Assembly: GCA_047150005.1 (NCBI GenBank)
Contig: AP038806.1
Location: forward strand, 2,848,001 to 2,912,000
DNA from: Nitrospira sp.
Lineage (GTDB): Bacteria > Nitrospirota > Nitrospiria > Nitrospirales > Nitrospiraceae
Direction: 5' to 3'
DNA: 64,000 nt
Translations under genes and position numbers: made by a program
In this document: positions 22,215 to 31,796 of the stretch, one piece after another
How the letters are laid out: each line of letters starts with the position of its first letter
Position numbering within the stretch: position 1 is the stretch's first letter
The notes under the pieces: generated by a model
What the model was told of the DNA's origin: nothing
Seen by the model: only the letters and a program-made list of their open reading frames with translations
Database searches by the model: none

Positions 22215-22823
22215 GTGATGCTCGTGTGGCACGTATCTAAGGCGACTGCGCTGTTGGCAGGCTGTTGCATTGCGGTTGTGTCCGCGGAGACCGCGCTGAG
22301 TCAACCTGGACTGATGCTCAATACGAAGCAGGTGGCGCCGATGCGGCAGGATTCTCTAAAGGTCCCGTCTTCCGCCGATATGGCGCGCCGGTCAACTGTG
22401 GATAACGTACCTCCTGTCTCAGAAGGTATTATGCCCCAGGCCGATGCCCAGCAAGCCTCCGTGCCGTTGTCATCCAACGGGTATGATCCTTCCGGTCGTC
22501 GCGACCCGTTCGCTCCGGTGCTTCAGCAGCTCGCGCCAGGCCAGATTGACCTTACACTTCCTCCTCTGCAGCGAGTGGGATTGACGGACATGAATCTGAT
22601 TGCCGTAGTTTGGGGAGCTTATGGGTATACGGCAATGGTCCAAATGCCTGACGGCAACGGCTATGCCGTGAGGAAGGGAACGAGGATCGGGCCAAACAAC
22701 GGTGTGGTCAGTGCCATCACTGAAAAGGGGATAGTGGTTCAGGAACGGTTCACCGATGTCTATGGGCGCAAGCAAGAGCGGGAGTATGTCAAGCTCCTCC
22801 ATCCGAAAGAGGGTTCAGAATGA
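22215..22823 (+). CDS. pilP: type IV pilus assembly protein PilP
   Basis: YDPSGRRDPF, G..IGPNNG; between pilO and pilQ. Confidence 0.88.
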   Translation: MMLVWHVSKATALLAGCCIAVVSAETALSQPGLMLNTKQVAPMRQDSLKVPSSADMARRSTVDNVPPVSEGIMPQADAQQASVPLSSNGYDPSGRRDPFAPVLQQLAPGQIDLTLPPLQRVGLTDMNLIAVVWGAYGYTAMVQMPDGNGYAVRKGTRIGPNNGVVSAITEKGIVVQERFTDVYGRKQEREYVKLLHPKEGSE

Positions 22824-24796
22824 CAACTAATGCGATCCACACAACCACGGTCGTTCGCATTCTTTCTGCGGTGGGGGCGGTCGGCCTCCAGCTGGCGATT
22901 CCGTCGCTGGGCATCCCGGCCGATCTCGGCAACAGTCAAACCAGTCCCAGTCTGTCAGCGGAATCCGCCTCGTCGGTCGATGCTCTGACGCATTCCATTG
23001 AGGTTCCCGCGCACAACTTGACGGCCATCGACATTCAGCGTGATCTCAAAGATGTCGCCGTCACAATTACCGGCGATGGACTGCTGTTCCATGAAGCCAA
23101 TCTCGTGAGCGGCCGTCGGCTTGTCATCGACGTGCCGAACGTGACATCGGCGATTCGAAAGCCGGTCTGGACCGTCAATCATTCCTTGCTTCGCCGAGTG
23201 CGTGTAGGAACCTACGCTGAGAAGGTCAGAATCGTTCTCGACATGAACGCTGATGCGAAATATTCCGTGCAACCTCGTGGCACCAGTTTGGTCGTGAGTT
23301 TGACGCACAGCACTGGTAGTCAGAATGAGGCAGCCGATCGTGGAGATCGTCCTGTGATTGCTCCAGTCAGCCGTGTCGAGGCGTTGGATGCAACCGCGGA
23401 ACCCATCGCCGAGCAGGGAGACTTCCGGAGGATACGGACCTCCAATCTTGAGCGGATCCCTGCGGTGTTTCGTGTTCGGCCTGCTCAAATGATGATCGGC
23501 GGAGAGACCGCTGAAAAACAGACACCTAAAGACGACCTGGTTCTTGGGGAAACGCGATATGTCGGTCGACGAATCTCACTGGACTTTCAGCAGGCCGACA
23601 TCAGCAATGTCCTTCGGTTGATCGCCGAAGTGAGCGGGTTTAACATCGTCGTGGGCGAGGGCGTCAAGAGCAAAGTCACCATGAAGTTGGTCAGCGTGCC
23701 TTGGGATCAAGCGCTCGACATGATTCTGAAGATGAACGGCTTGGGAAAGATCCGACAAGGAAACATTCTCTGGGTCGACTCCTTATCGAACATCGCCAGA
23801 CAGGAGGATGAAGAGGCTCGGGCGAAAGATGCAAAAATCAAGGCCGAAGAGCTTGTGGATCGTGTGTTCTATGTCCGGAATCTTCAGGCACAGGAACTCA
23901 TGACGGCGCTTCGCCAGAACTTGAGTGCGAGAGGTGTGATGCAGATCAGCCAGGGCACGAATGCCTTGGTCGTCAGGGACACCGAGAGCAAGATGAACGT
24001 GCTCAAGCAGCTGATCGACGGACTGGATCTCGCAGTTCCTCAAGTTCAGATCGAGGCACGCATCGTCCAGGCCGACACCACGTATTCGCGGTCTCTCGGC
24101 GTTCAGTGGGGCGTTCAAAATCTCAATTCTGGGCAATCGTTCGGAGTGGCCAACTTCAAATCAGGGACAACTGGTCCGTTTGGAGCTCAGGCGTCGGACT
24201 TTCTCGTCAATCTTCCCGCGACTGTCGGAGGTTTGGTTGCGACACCTGGTGCCGGATTCACGTTCGGAAAAGCGGATGGCGCGATGCTCGATGTGAGGCT
24301 TTCCGCGGGAGAACTGTTGGGGTTGAGCAAGGTCATCGCCGCGCCGAAGGTGACGACACTCGACAAACGTGAGGCCAAGATCTCTCAAGGCGAATCGATT
24401 CCGTTCCAAACGACATCGCTGCAAGGAACGCAGACGACATTCGTAGACGCAAATCTTGAGTTGAACGTCACACCGCAGATCACTTCGCGTGATCCGAAGG
24501 AGATCGGCAAGCAAATTCTGATGCGGGTGCGTGCAACGAGAAATGCCGTGGGTGCGCGAAGCAATCCCGCTGGTCCCAGCATTGATCGGCGCGAAGCGAA
24601 TACTCAGGTGATCATACGGGACGGAGAGACGATGGTTATCGGGGGAGTGTTCATCGACACCCAGAACAACACCGTGGCGGGAGTTCCGTACCTTTCACGC
24701 ATTCCCGTGCTCGGCTGGCTCTTCAAACAGAAGACGGAGTCTGTGGCCAAACAAGAATTGCTGATCTTCCTGACTCCGTCCATCGTCAAGACGTAA
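22820..24796 (+). CDS. pilQ: type IV pilus secretin PilQ
   Basis: ISLDFQQADI, VPWDQAL, QVQIEARIV, VPYLSRIPVLGWLF. Confidence 0.96.
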   Translation: MTTNAIHTTTVVRILSAVGAVGLQLAIPSLGIPADLGNSQTSPSLSAESASSVDALTHSIEVPAHNLTAIDIQRDLKDVAVTITGDGLLFHEANLVSGRRLVIDVPNVTSAIRKPVWTVNHSLLRRVRVGTYAEKVRIVLDMNADAKYSVQPRGTSLVVSLTHSTGSQNEAADRGDRPVIAPVSRVEALDATAEPIAEQGDFRRIRTSNLERIPAVFRVRPAQMMIGGETAEKQTPKDDLVLGETRYVGRRISLDFQQADISNVLRLIAEVSGFNIVVGEGVKSKVTMKLVSVPWDQALDMILKMNGLGKIRQGNILWVDSLSNIARQEDEEARAKDAKIKAEELVDRVFYVRNLQAQELMTALRQNLSARGVMQISQGTNALVVRDTESKMNVLKQLIDGLDLAVPQVQIEARIVQADTTYSRSLGVQWGVQNLNSGQSFGVANFKSGTTGPFGAQASDFLVNLPATVGGLVATPGAGFTFGKADGAMLDVRLSAGELLGLSKVIAAPKVTTLDKREAKISQGESIPFQTTSLQGTQTTFVDANLELNVTPQITSRDPKEIGKQILMRVRATRNAVGARSNPAGPSIDRREANTQVIIRDGETMVIGGVFIDTQNNTVAGVPYLSRIPVLGWLFKQKTESVAKQELLIFLTPSIVKT

Positions 24797-25051
24797 CACG
24801 CTCATTGCCCGTCTTCACCTTCATTCTTGCGGAGGCTGAGCTGAGAGCAGCCGGCCTCCTCGGCATCCCCGCGTTCTCTCCAACAAGCCCATCGCTGTGT
24901 CAGCATTTGATTCCTTTGGAGAGATCCGACCTTTTACCCGCACACCGGTTGTGTTACTATCTCCTCTCTCATAAGCCATTGATATATCGTCTAAGATTTG
25001 GTCTGTCTTTTGAGTCATTCCGTGTCCTCATCCATGACTTTTGCGGAGAAA

Positions 25052-26224
25052 ATGCAGCTGAAGGGCTCCGACAAATCTGCTGGGTCAACGTCCTCAACTG
25101 AAAAGACCATCCGAGTCGATTTAGGAGAGCGAAGCTATGAGATCGCAGTCGAGCCAGGGCTGTTGTCCAGCGTTGGGACTCGTCTTGCGCGGCTCACGCA
25201 TGGCCGAAAAATGGGCATTGTCACTGACACCCATGTGGCTTCACGCTATCTTGCCGGACTGCGCCGTTCTCTCTCAAGAGAAGGACTGGAGCCGGTATCG
25301 ATCGTTCTCCCTCCAGGAGAGCGGACGAAGACCATGAAAATAGTCGGCACGGTGCTCGACGTGCTCGCTCGCCGCAAATTCGACCGTCACTCGATGTTGG
25401 TCGCGCTCGGCGGAGGAGTCATTGGCGACCTTACGGGTTTTGCCGCAGCGATCTATCTGAGGGGAATCCCCTTTGTGCAAGTTCCCACCACGCTAGTCGC
25501 GCAAGTGGATTCCAGCGTAGGCGGTAAGACCGGGGTGGATCACCGATTGGGGAAGAACCTGATCGGGGCCTTTCATCAACCACGCGCGGTTTTCATCGAC
25601 CCCGACACGCTGCGCACGCTGCCGCGGCGAGAATGGGTTGCCGGATTAGCGGAGGTCATCAAGTACGGTGTCATCGCGGATGAGGCGATGTTTTCCCGCC
25701 TGGAACGAACCATGCCCGCATTGTTGAAGGTGGACCCATCGGCCGTCATGCCGGTGATTGTTCGGTCGTGCGAAATCAAAGCGAAAGTCGTCGTCGAGGA
25801 TGAGAGGGAGACGGACCGACGAAGAACCCTGAATTACGGCCATACCATCGGACATGCCTTGGAGTCGTTGGGGGGCTATCGAGGATTGATCCACGGTGAA
25901 GCGGTCGGTATCGGATTGGTCCAGGAGGCAAGTGTGGCCTCGTTCATGGGATTGTGCAGTGAGGATGTCGTGGACCGCATCACGTCTCTCGTGCGGCTTG
26001 CTGGGCTTGCCGATCGCATGGAGAATGTTTCCCTGCCGAGGCTATGGGCAGCCATGCTTCATGACAAGAAGGCTGTGGCAGGCCAAGTCATTGGAGTGTG
26101 GCCCGTGCGAATCGGTGAGACCGTGATCAAGCCGGTCAGCAAAGAAGTCTTCGCGGATTGGTACAAGAAGCGAGTCAAGAATACGAAGAACCCCGGTGCT
26201 CGGAATCAGCAGGTTTCTCTCTAA
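25052..26224 (+). CDS. aroB: 3-dehydroquinate synthase
   Basis: GGGVIGDL, PTTLVAQVDSSVGGKTG, LNYGHTIGHA, HGEAV; start chosen after GGAG (uncertain). Confidence 0.96.
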   Translation: MQLKGSDKSAGSTSSTEKTIRVDLGERSYEIAVEPGLLSSVGTRLARLTHGRKMGIVTDTHVASRYLAGLRRSLSREGLEPVSIVLPPGERTKTMKIVGTVLDVLARRKFDRHSMLVALGGGVIGDLTGFAAAIYLRGIPFVQVPTTLVAQVDSSVGGKTGVDHRLGKNLIGAFHQPRAVFIDPDTLRTLPRREWVAGLAEVIKYGVIADEAMFSRLERTMPALLKVDPSAVMPVIVRSCEIKAKVVVEDERETDRRRTLNYGHTIGHALESLGGYRGLIHGEAVGIGLVQEASVASFMGLCSEDVVDRITSLVRLAGLADRMENVSLPRLWAAMLHDKKAVAGQVIGVWPVRIGETVIKPVSKEVFADWYKKRVKNTKNPGARNQQVSL

Positions 26225-26250
26225 GTAGACACCAACGAAAGCACTTACTC

Positions 26251-27516
26251 ATGGCCTCGACACGTCAGTTGTCATTCGCGCAGCTTGAGCAAGCATTCCG
26301 GGAAAAGTCCCGTGAAGTCGATATCTTGCATCGGATCACCGATTCCATCAGCAATACATTGGATCTCGAAGCGGTGCTCAAGCACATCGTCGAGGTTGTG
26401 GTGGAAGTCACCAAGGCCGATGCTTGTCTGCTTTATTTGCTGTCCGACAAGGGTGATGAATTGATTCTTCGAGCGTCGAAAAACCCTCATCCCAAGCTGA
26501 TCGGGCGGATCACCATCGGAATGGGCGAAGGCATCACGGGCTGGGTGGCGCAGGAGCGCACCAGGGTGGTGATTCCGAGCAATGCGAGCGACGATCCGCG
26601 GTTTAAGTTTTTTCACAATCTGCCGGAAGATCGACACCAGGCCTTCGTCTCCGTTCCCATCATGGCAAAGAAGGAAGTGGTCGGCGTCATCAACGTGCAG
26701 CATCGGCGGCCCAAGCGATATCGCCCCGATGAACTGGCATTATTGTCGACAATCGCCAACCAAGTGGGTGGCGCCATTGAGAATGCCCGCTTATACGAGC
26801 AAATGCGACGCAAAGCGTTGCAGGTGGAAACCCTCTCCCAAGTGTCCGAAACCGTCGCGTCGAATCGTCTCATCGAGGACGTCCTCCAGCTGCTGGTGAC
26901 CATGACCGCCCAGATGATGAACTCGAAAATTTGCTCCATCATGCTGCTCGACGGGACCAGCGGAGATCTGCGCATCGAGGCGACGCAGAGTTTGAGTGAA
27001 CTGTACCGTCGCAAGCCCAACTTGAAGATCGGTCAAAGCATTAGCGGGCGTGCGGTTCAGGAGCGCCGGCCGATCATTGTTGCAGATGTGACAAAGGAGC
27101 CGGACTACATGTATCCGGACATGGCAAGGAAGGAAGGGTTGTGCTCGCTCTTGTGCGTTCCGATGCTCGTGCGAGAAAAGGCGGTCGGTGTCATCAACAG
27201 TTATACGTCTGCGCCCTATTCGTTTACGACCGAGGAGGTCAAGCTGCTGCAGGCCATCGCCAACCAAGCGGCGATCGCGATCGAACATACGACCTTGCTT
27301 GAGAAGTCATTTGAAATGCAGGAAGCATTGGCCGTGAGAAAGCTCCTCGATCGTGCCAAAGGCTATCTGATGCGCTCTAAGAAACTGTCCGAACAGGAAG
27401 CCTTCCGGCTTATTCAGCGGCAGAGCATGGATCTGAGGAAGTCAATGCGAGAGATCGCTGAAGCCGTGCTACTGGCGGGAGAACTGGAAGAGCGTGCCGA
27501 CAAACAACGAGGATGA
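26251..27516 (+). CDS. GAF-GAF-ANTAR RNA-binding (antitermination) regulator
   Basis: Two GAF repeats (GEGITGWVA...VGVINV...LLSTIANQ; GQSISGRAV...VGVINSY...LLQAIANQAAIAI) and C-terminal ANTAR motif LDRAKGYLM...LSEQEAFRLIQRQSMDLRKSMREIAEAVL. Confidence 0.92.
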   Translation: MASTRQLSFAQLEQAFREKSREVDILHRITDSISNTLDLEAVLKHIVEVVVEVTKADACLLYLLSDKGDELILRASKNPHPKLIGRITIGMGEGITGWVAQERTRVVIPSNASDDPRFKFFHNLPEDRHQAFVSVPIMAKKEVVGVINVQHRRPKRYRPDELALLSTIANQVGGAIENARLYEQMRRKALQVETLSQVSETVASNRLIEDVLQLLVTMTAQMMNSKICSIMLLDGTSGDLRIEATQSLSELYRRKPNLKIGQSISGRAVQERRPIIVADVTKEPDYMYPDMARKEGLCSLLCVPMLVREKAVGVINSYTSAPYSFTTEEVKLLQAIANQAAIAIEHTTLLEKSFEMQEALAVRKLLDRAKGYLMRSKKLSEQEAFRLIQRQSMDLRKSMREIAEAVLLAGELEERADKQRG

Positions 27517-27552
27517 TGCCGCCCGCATTTTTCCATTGCTGCACGTATGACG

Positions 27553-28473
27553 CTACGGGGACTTTGGAGCGCCGGAGGGTTTGGACGGAGTCGACTGCCG
27601 TCGCGCCTCTTGATCTGCTAGTTGACGCTTGATGTCTTCCAGCTCCTTTCTCAGTGCTTCCAGCTCCGGATCCTTCTTGCTCACCTCTCCTGTCTTGGCT
27701 CGTGAGTCCGGAGCCGACGCGGCCGCAGGAGCCGGCGGTACCGGCTGGCTCACGACCTCCGGGCCGGTGTCAAACGGAAGGCCGGCCAGCAACTCGTAAT
27801 CGATAACCAGCGTGGTATCGGTCGAGAGGGAGTCGCGATACTTGTCGTCGCGCTTGGCCGATTCCGGGACAAACATGACGGTGTGATTCAGCAGTCCGGT
27901 ACGGTCAGGGATGCGTCGATTTGGCATATTGATGGTATCGGGTCGCTCAACTCGGTATCGATAGTGAGTCAAGGTCACATAGAGCGATCGTCCGTACGCG
28001 TAGATCGACCCCGCAGTGGTTTCCGGTGGTGCAAGCCGCAACGGAGGCTCGGAGGAACCGACAGCCGCGCCGACCCGTTGAGAATAGACGGGTGCACCTC
28101 GCTGGTTGACCGTGAATCCTACCTGCTGATCCGACGAAGCGCGGCTCAGGCCGTCCGTGATCAACGGAGCCAGGTACGCCACATCGTCTTCCGAGAAGGC
28201 CGGCAGAGCCTCCGACTTGCGGACGCCGATATCTTGCAGAAATCCCTGATTGTCTCTGACCAGTACGCCGCGCAGGACGCGTGATACCGTGCCTGCCGGC
28301 AGCTTGATGGGGTGAGCGGCCTGAAAAGACCGATCAGCGATGCGTTCCAGAACGACTTTGCCGCGATCGGACTCGTTCAGCGTCAGGTCCAGTTCCGGAG
28401 AAGCCGCGCACGCGACCAGGCCAAGCACAGGGGCGACTGCCACGACATGCAGGAAACCGGAACGCAATCCCAT
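27553..28473 (-). CDS. uncharacterised lipoprotein with C-terminal coiled coil (paralog of 47102-48106)
   Basis: Lipobox-like LVAC after MGLRSG start; shares DRSxQAxHPI and ETTAGSxYAY..SLYVTL with 47102-48106. Confidence 0.8.
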   Translation of the reverse strand: MGLRSGFLHVVAVAPVLGLVACAASPELDLTLNESDRGKVVLERIADRSFQAAHPIKLPAGTVSRVLRGVLVRDNQGFLQDIGVRKSEALPAFSEDDVAYLAPLITDGLSRASSDQQVGFTVNQRGAPVYSQRVGAAVGSSEPPLRLAPPETTAGSIYAYGRSLYVTLTHYRYRVERPDTINMPNRRIPDRTGLLNHTVMFVPESAKRDDKYRDSLSTDTTLVIDYELLAGLPFDTGPEVVSQPVPPAPAAASAPDSRAKTGEVSKKDPELEALRKELEDIKRQLADQEARRQSTPSKPSGAPKSP

Positions 28474-28571
28474 TCGAGGACCTCGCTCAAACAAACGTCC
28501 GATGCAGTCTAGCATACGACTGCGGCGGACGATACGGAGAGCCTCAGCGTTCGGATTTCGGAAGTATTCGC

Positions 28572-28601
28572 TTGACAGACAGGGCCGTCCGCTTTTATAA
28601 G
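28572..28601 (+). promoter_or_regulatory. sigma70-like promoter of porin-urt operon
   Basis: TTGACA-N18-TATAAG. Confidence 0.65.
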
Positions 28602-28627
28602 TACGCCCGTCTGACGGTCTCAGTGCG

Positions 28628-28727
28628 GACAAGGGAGTCGGAATTTGGACCGCCGCAGATGAGGACATGAGAAAAGGACAATGGCGTCCTTTTGGTCCAT
28701 CAAGTGGGCCGGAAGGACGCTTTTTTT
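28628..28727 (+). promoter_or_regulatory. ANTAR-type dual-hexaloop leader with overlapping intrinsic terminator (leader A)
   Basis: P1 GAC-AAGGGA-GTC; P2 AAAAGGAC-AATGGC-GTCCTTTT; 17-bp terminator stem 28684-28720 plus T7. Confidence 0.85.
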
Positions 28728-28797
28728 ATTTTTGGTGAAGTTCAATCCCAAACTTCTGGCTATGGCATTGAGTCAACCAAGAGGGAGATCCACTGTT

Positions 28798-30285
28798 ATG
28801 AAGGGCGGAAGAAAACTTCTCCAAATACTCGGAAGCATTGTCGTCGCCGCGTTCATACTGGGACTGTTCGGGACCGTTGCGTTTGCCGCGGATGCCCCGA
28901 GTCCGGGAGAATCAACAGGGGCGGGCCGGAAGTCTCGGGAGATGCATGAGCCACCCCCGTCGCCGTCTTCCTCAGGAAGCGAAGAAGGACAGAGTGCGGG
29001 AGAGGCGGCCGGAGCCGGTCGTCTCTCCCGGGAAACGCAGACCCCTCCCGCGGTGATCTGCGGAGGATGCGTGACCCACACCCATGACTCCCAAGCGAAG
29101 GGCAGCATCGTGCCGTACGGCCGTATCGAATTGGACGGGATCTACAGTACCCGCAATACCAATCCGCTTGATCCCGGTCAATTCAATGGATACGCGACGG
29201 CGGCAGGCAAGAGCAGCAATTCGTCCTCGACGTTCAACCCACGCTACAGTGTTTTCGGCCTCCGCGCCGATCGCACCGACGGAGCCAATGTGATCACCGG
29301 CGTGGTGGAGACGGATTTCTATTCGCAGACGGACAACGCGGGGAACATTTCCCCGCGCCTCCGCCTCGCCTTCGCGCGGTACTCTCCGAACAACAGCAGA
29401 ACAAGTATCACGGCCGGCATGGACTGGACGCCGGTCATGGGTCTGCACCCGAATCTCATCGACTTCTCGATCATGGGTTACAACGGCAACCTCTGGCAAC
29501 GTCTTCCGCAGGTCACGATTCGGCATCAGTTCAGCGAGCACATCGACGCGCTCGTGACAGCATTCCGGTTTGAAAGAGGATTGTCAGCGATTCAACCCCA
29601 GACCCAGCGGCGTCCATTCACAGGCAACGCCGTCGGCGGCTCTCCTCCCGCAGACTGTACTAATCCGTCGGGAAATTTCGCCTGTTCTGAAAACGCGTTC
29701 AACGATCCCGTCCAGATGCCGTACATGGGAACCAGGTTCGGGTACACGGGCACAGGCAAGCTCCAAGGGGTGATGGTGGCGGTGAGCGGCGCCTATCGGT
29801 GGTACCGCTCGGCTCCGACCGCGTCGGTGGGCGGCATCCCATCCGGGCAAGACATCAACTCCTATTTGATCGGTGGGGAATTGGTGGTGCCGATTACCAA
29901 GCAGCTGAAGTTTTCCGGAGAGATTGCCTACGGTCAGGCGCTCGGCGTCGAATTCTTCAGGTATGGCCAGGATCGTAACCTCGGGACCGGCAAACCGATA
30001 CGGACGACCGTGGGGTGGGGTGAACTCGACTATGCGCATGACAAGGATACGACCTTTATTGCCGGATACGGATTCGACAATCCGCTCAATTCCGACTTGA
30101 AGGGGGATGTGGCGGGCCCCGACACGCAGTACCTTCTCAACCATCGCACCTATGTGACGGCCGTCCGTCATATCTGGAGCGATTTCTATGTGTCGTTCGA
30201 ATGGAACCATCTGATGACCGAATGGTCGACCAATGAACGCTTCGCCGGAGACAACTTCATGCTGTCGACCTGGTACAACTTCTAA
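28798..30285 (+). CDS. outer-membrane beta-barrel porin (DcaP-like; candidate urea/amide porin)
   Basis: Signal peptide, PRLRLAF, QRLPQV, C-terminal WYNF; first gene of urt operon; ATG 28798 lies downstream of the terminator. Confidence 0.75.
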   Translation: MKGGRKLLQILGSIVVAAFILGLFGTVAFAADAPSPGESTGAGRKSREMHEPPPSPSSSGSEEGQSAGEAAGAGRLSRETQTPPAVICGGCVTHTHDSQAKGSIVPYGRIELDGIYSTRNTNPLDPGQFNGYATAAGKSSNSSSTFNPRYSVFGLRADRTDGANVITGVVETDFYSQTDNAGNISPRLRLAFARYSPNNSRTSITAGMDWTPVMGLHPNLIDFSIMGYNGNLWQRLPQVTIRHQFSEHIDALVTAFRFERGLSAIQPQTQRRPFTGNAVGGSPPADCTNPSGNFACSENAFNDPVQMPYMGTRFGYTGTGKLQGVMVAVSGAYRWYRSAPTASVGGIPSGQDINSYLIGGELVVPITKQLKFSGEIAYGQALGVEFFRYGQDRNLGTGKPIRTTVGWGELDYAHDKDTTFIAGYGFDNPLNSDLKGDVAGPDTQYLLNHRTYVTAVRHIWSDFYVSFEWNHLMTEWSTNERFAGDNFMLSTWYNF

Positions 30286-30360
30286 GTCACGCGCCGCGCA
30301 TGACGGCGCTCGTCGCCCATGCCCCGGCGTTCACGTTCATCTGGCGAAAGGAATCTGACA

Positions 30361-31722
30361 ATGGACAAGAAGAAGGAGCAGATCAACATCGCGCCAACCG
30401 AATCATCCACGGACGTCTGTCCGTCGCGGCGGGACTTTTTGGTGCAGGGTGCCCGGGTCACGGCCGGTGTCGGTGTGGCGGCTTTGCTTGGGAATCTGGG
30501 TCACTGGGCACTCTCCTATGCGGCGGACAAGGAGCCGATCAAGATCGGCGTGCTTCATTCCCTGAGCGGAACGATGGCGATCAGCGAAGTCTCGCTGCGT
30601 GACGTCGTGCTCATGGCGGTGGACGAAATCAACGCCAAAGGCGGCGTGTTGGGGCGGCAGGTGAAGCCGGTCGTGGTGGATCCGGCTTCCAACTGGGATC
30701 TGTTTGCCGAAAAGGCCAAACAACTCCTGCTTCAGGACAAGGTGTCGGTCGTGTTTGGGTGCTGGACCTCGGTGAGCCGCAAGTCCGTGCTGCCTGTGTT
30801 CGAGAAGAACAACGGATTGCTGTTCTATCCGGTTCAATATGAGGGTGAAGAATGTTCCCGGAACGTGTTCTACACCGGTGCGGCGGTGAATCAACAGGCG
30901 GTGCCGGCCGTGGACTATCTCATGAGCAAGGAGGGGGGCGGCTACAAGAAATTCTACTTGTTGGGGACGGATTACGTGTATCCGCGCACGACGAACAAAA
31001 TCCTCCGCGCCATGATGCTGGCGAAGCATGTTCCGGAAAGCAACATTAGGGAAGAGTACACTCCGTTCCATCACCAGGACTATCAGACCATCGTCGGCAA
31101 GATCAAGAAGTTCGCCGCGGGGGGCGGCGCGGCGGTGATCAGCACCATCAACGGCGACAGCAACGTCCCGTTTTACAAGGAGTTTGCCAATCATGGTTTG
31201 CGCGCCGAGGATGCGCCGATCATGGCGTTCAGCGTGGCGGAAGACGAATTGCGCGGGATGGACACGACCGCGCTGGTCGGGCACTTGGCGGCCTGGAATT
31301 ACTATCAGAGCGTCGATACCCCGCAAAACAAGCAGTTCGTCGCGAACTTTAAGGCCTATTGCAAAAAGAACGGTTTGCCGGACGGTGACAAACGGGTGAC
31401 GGACGATCCGATCGAGGCTGCGTACTTCGGCGTGCACGTGTGGAAGCAGGCGGTCGAGAAGGCCGGCGCCATCGAGGTCGATGCGGTTCGCAAGGCCGCC
31501 TACGGTCAGAAATTCCTCGCGCCGGGCGGCGAGATCATGATGGATGCCGGCAACCACCATACTCACAAGCCGGTGCTCATCGGGGAGATCTTGAAAGACG
31601 GGCAGTTCAAGGTCGTCTCCCGCTCAAAGGGGCTGGTTAAGCCTGAGCCCTGGAGTGAATACACGAACCCGGAGAAGGGCTGCGACTGGATCAGTCATCA
31701 GGGCACCTACCAGAAAAAGTAG
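30361..31722 (+). CDS. urtA: urea ABC transporter substrate-binding protein (Tat signal)
   Basis: SRRDFL; IKIGVLHSLSGTMAISE, FGCWTSVSRKSVLP, LFYPVQYEG, GTDYVYPRT. Confidence 0.95.
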   Translation: MDKKKEQINIAPTESSTDVCPSRRDFLVQGARVTAGVGVAALLGNLGHWALSYAADKEPIKIGVLHSLSGTMAISEVSLRDVVLMAVDEINAKGGVLGRQVKPVVVDPASNWDLFAEKAKQLLLQDKVSVVFGCWTSVSRKSVLPVFEKNNGLLFYPVQYEGEECSRNVFYTGAAVNQQAVPAVDYLMSKEGGGYKKFYLLGTDYVYPRTTNKILRAMMLAKHVPESNIREEYTPFHHQDYQTIVGKIKKFAAGGGAAVISTINGDSNVPFYKEFANHGLRAEDAPIMAFSVAEDELRGMDTTALVGHLAAWNYYQSVDTPQNKQFVANFKAYCKKNGLPDGDKRVTDDPIEAAYFGVHVWKQAVEKAGAIEVDAVRKAAYGQKFLAPGGEIMMDAGNHHTHKPVLIGEILKDGQFKVVSRSKGLVKPEPWSEYTNPEKGCDWISHQGTYQKK

Positions 31723-31736
31723 CGGGTGGGGTTACG

Positions 31737-31774
31737 GCGGGTGACGCGGGCAACCAGTGCGTCACCCGCTTGTT
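31737..31774 (+). terminator. hairpin after urtA (partial terminator or mRNA stabiliser)
   Basis: GCGGGTGACGC-N11-GCGTCACCCGC-TTGTT. Confidence 0.6.
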
Positions 31775-31796
31775 ATGTTCGGGAGTTCTCTGAATT

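Noticed and set aside
24797..25051. Absence of aroK between pilQ and aroB, and of ptsN between hpf and rapZ
   Set aside because: Ordinary gene-order variation; I could not detect pseudogene remnants by eye.
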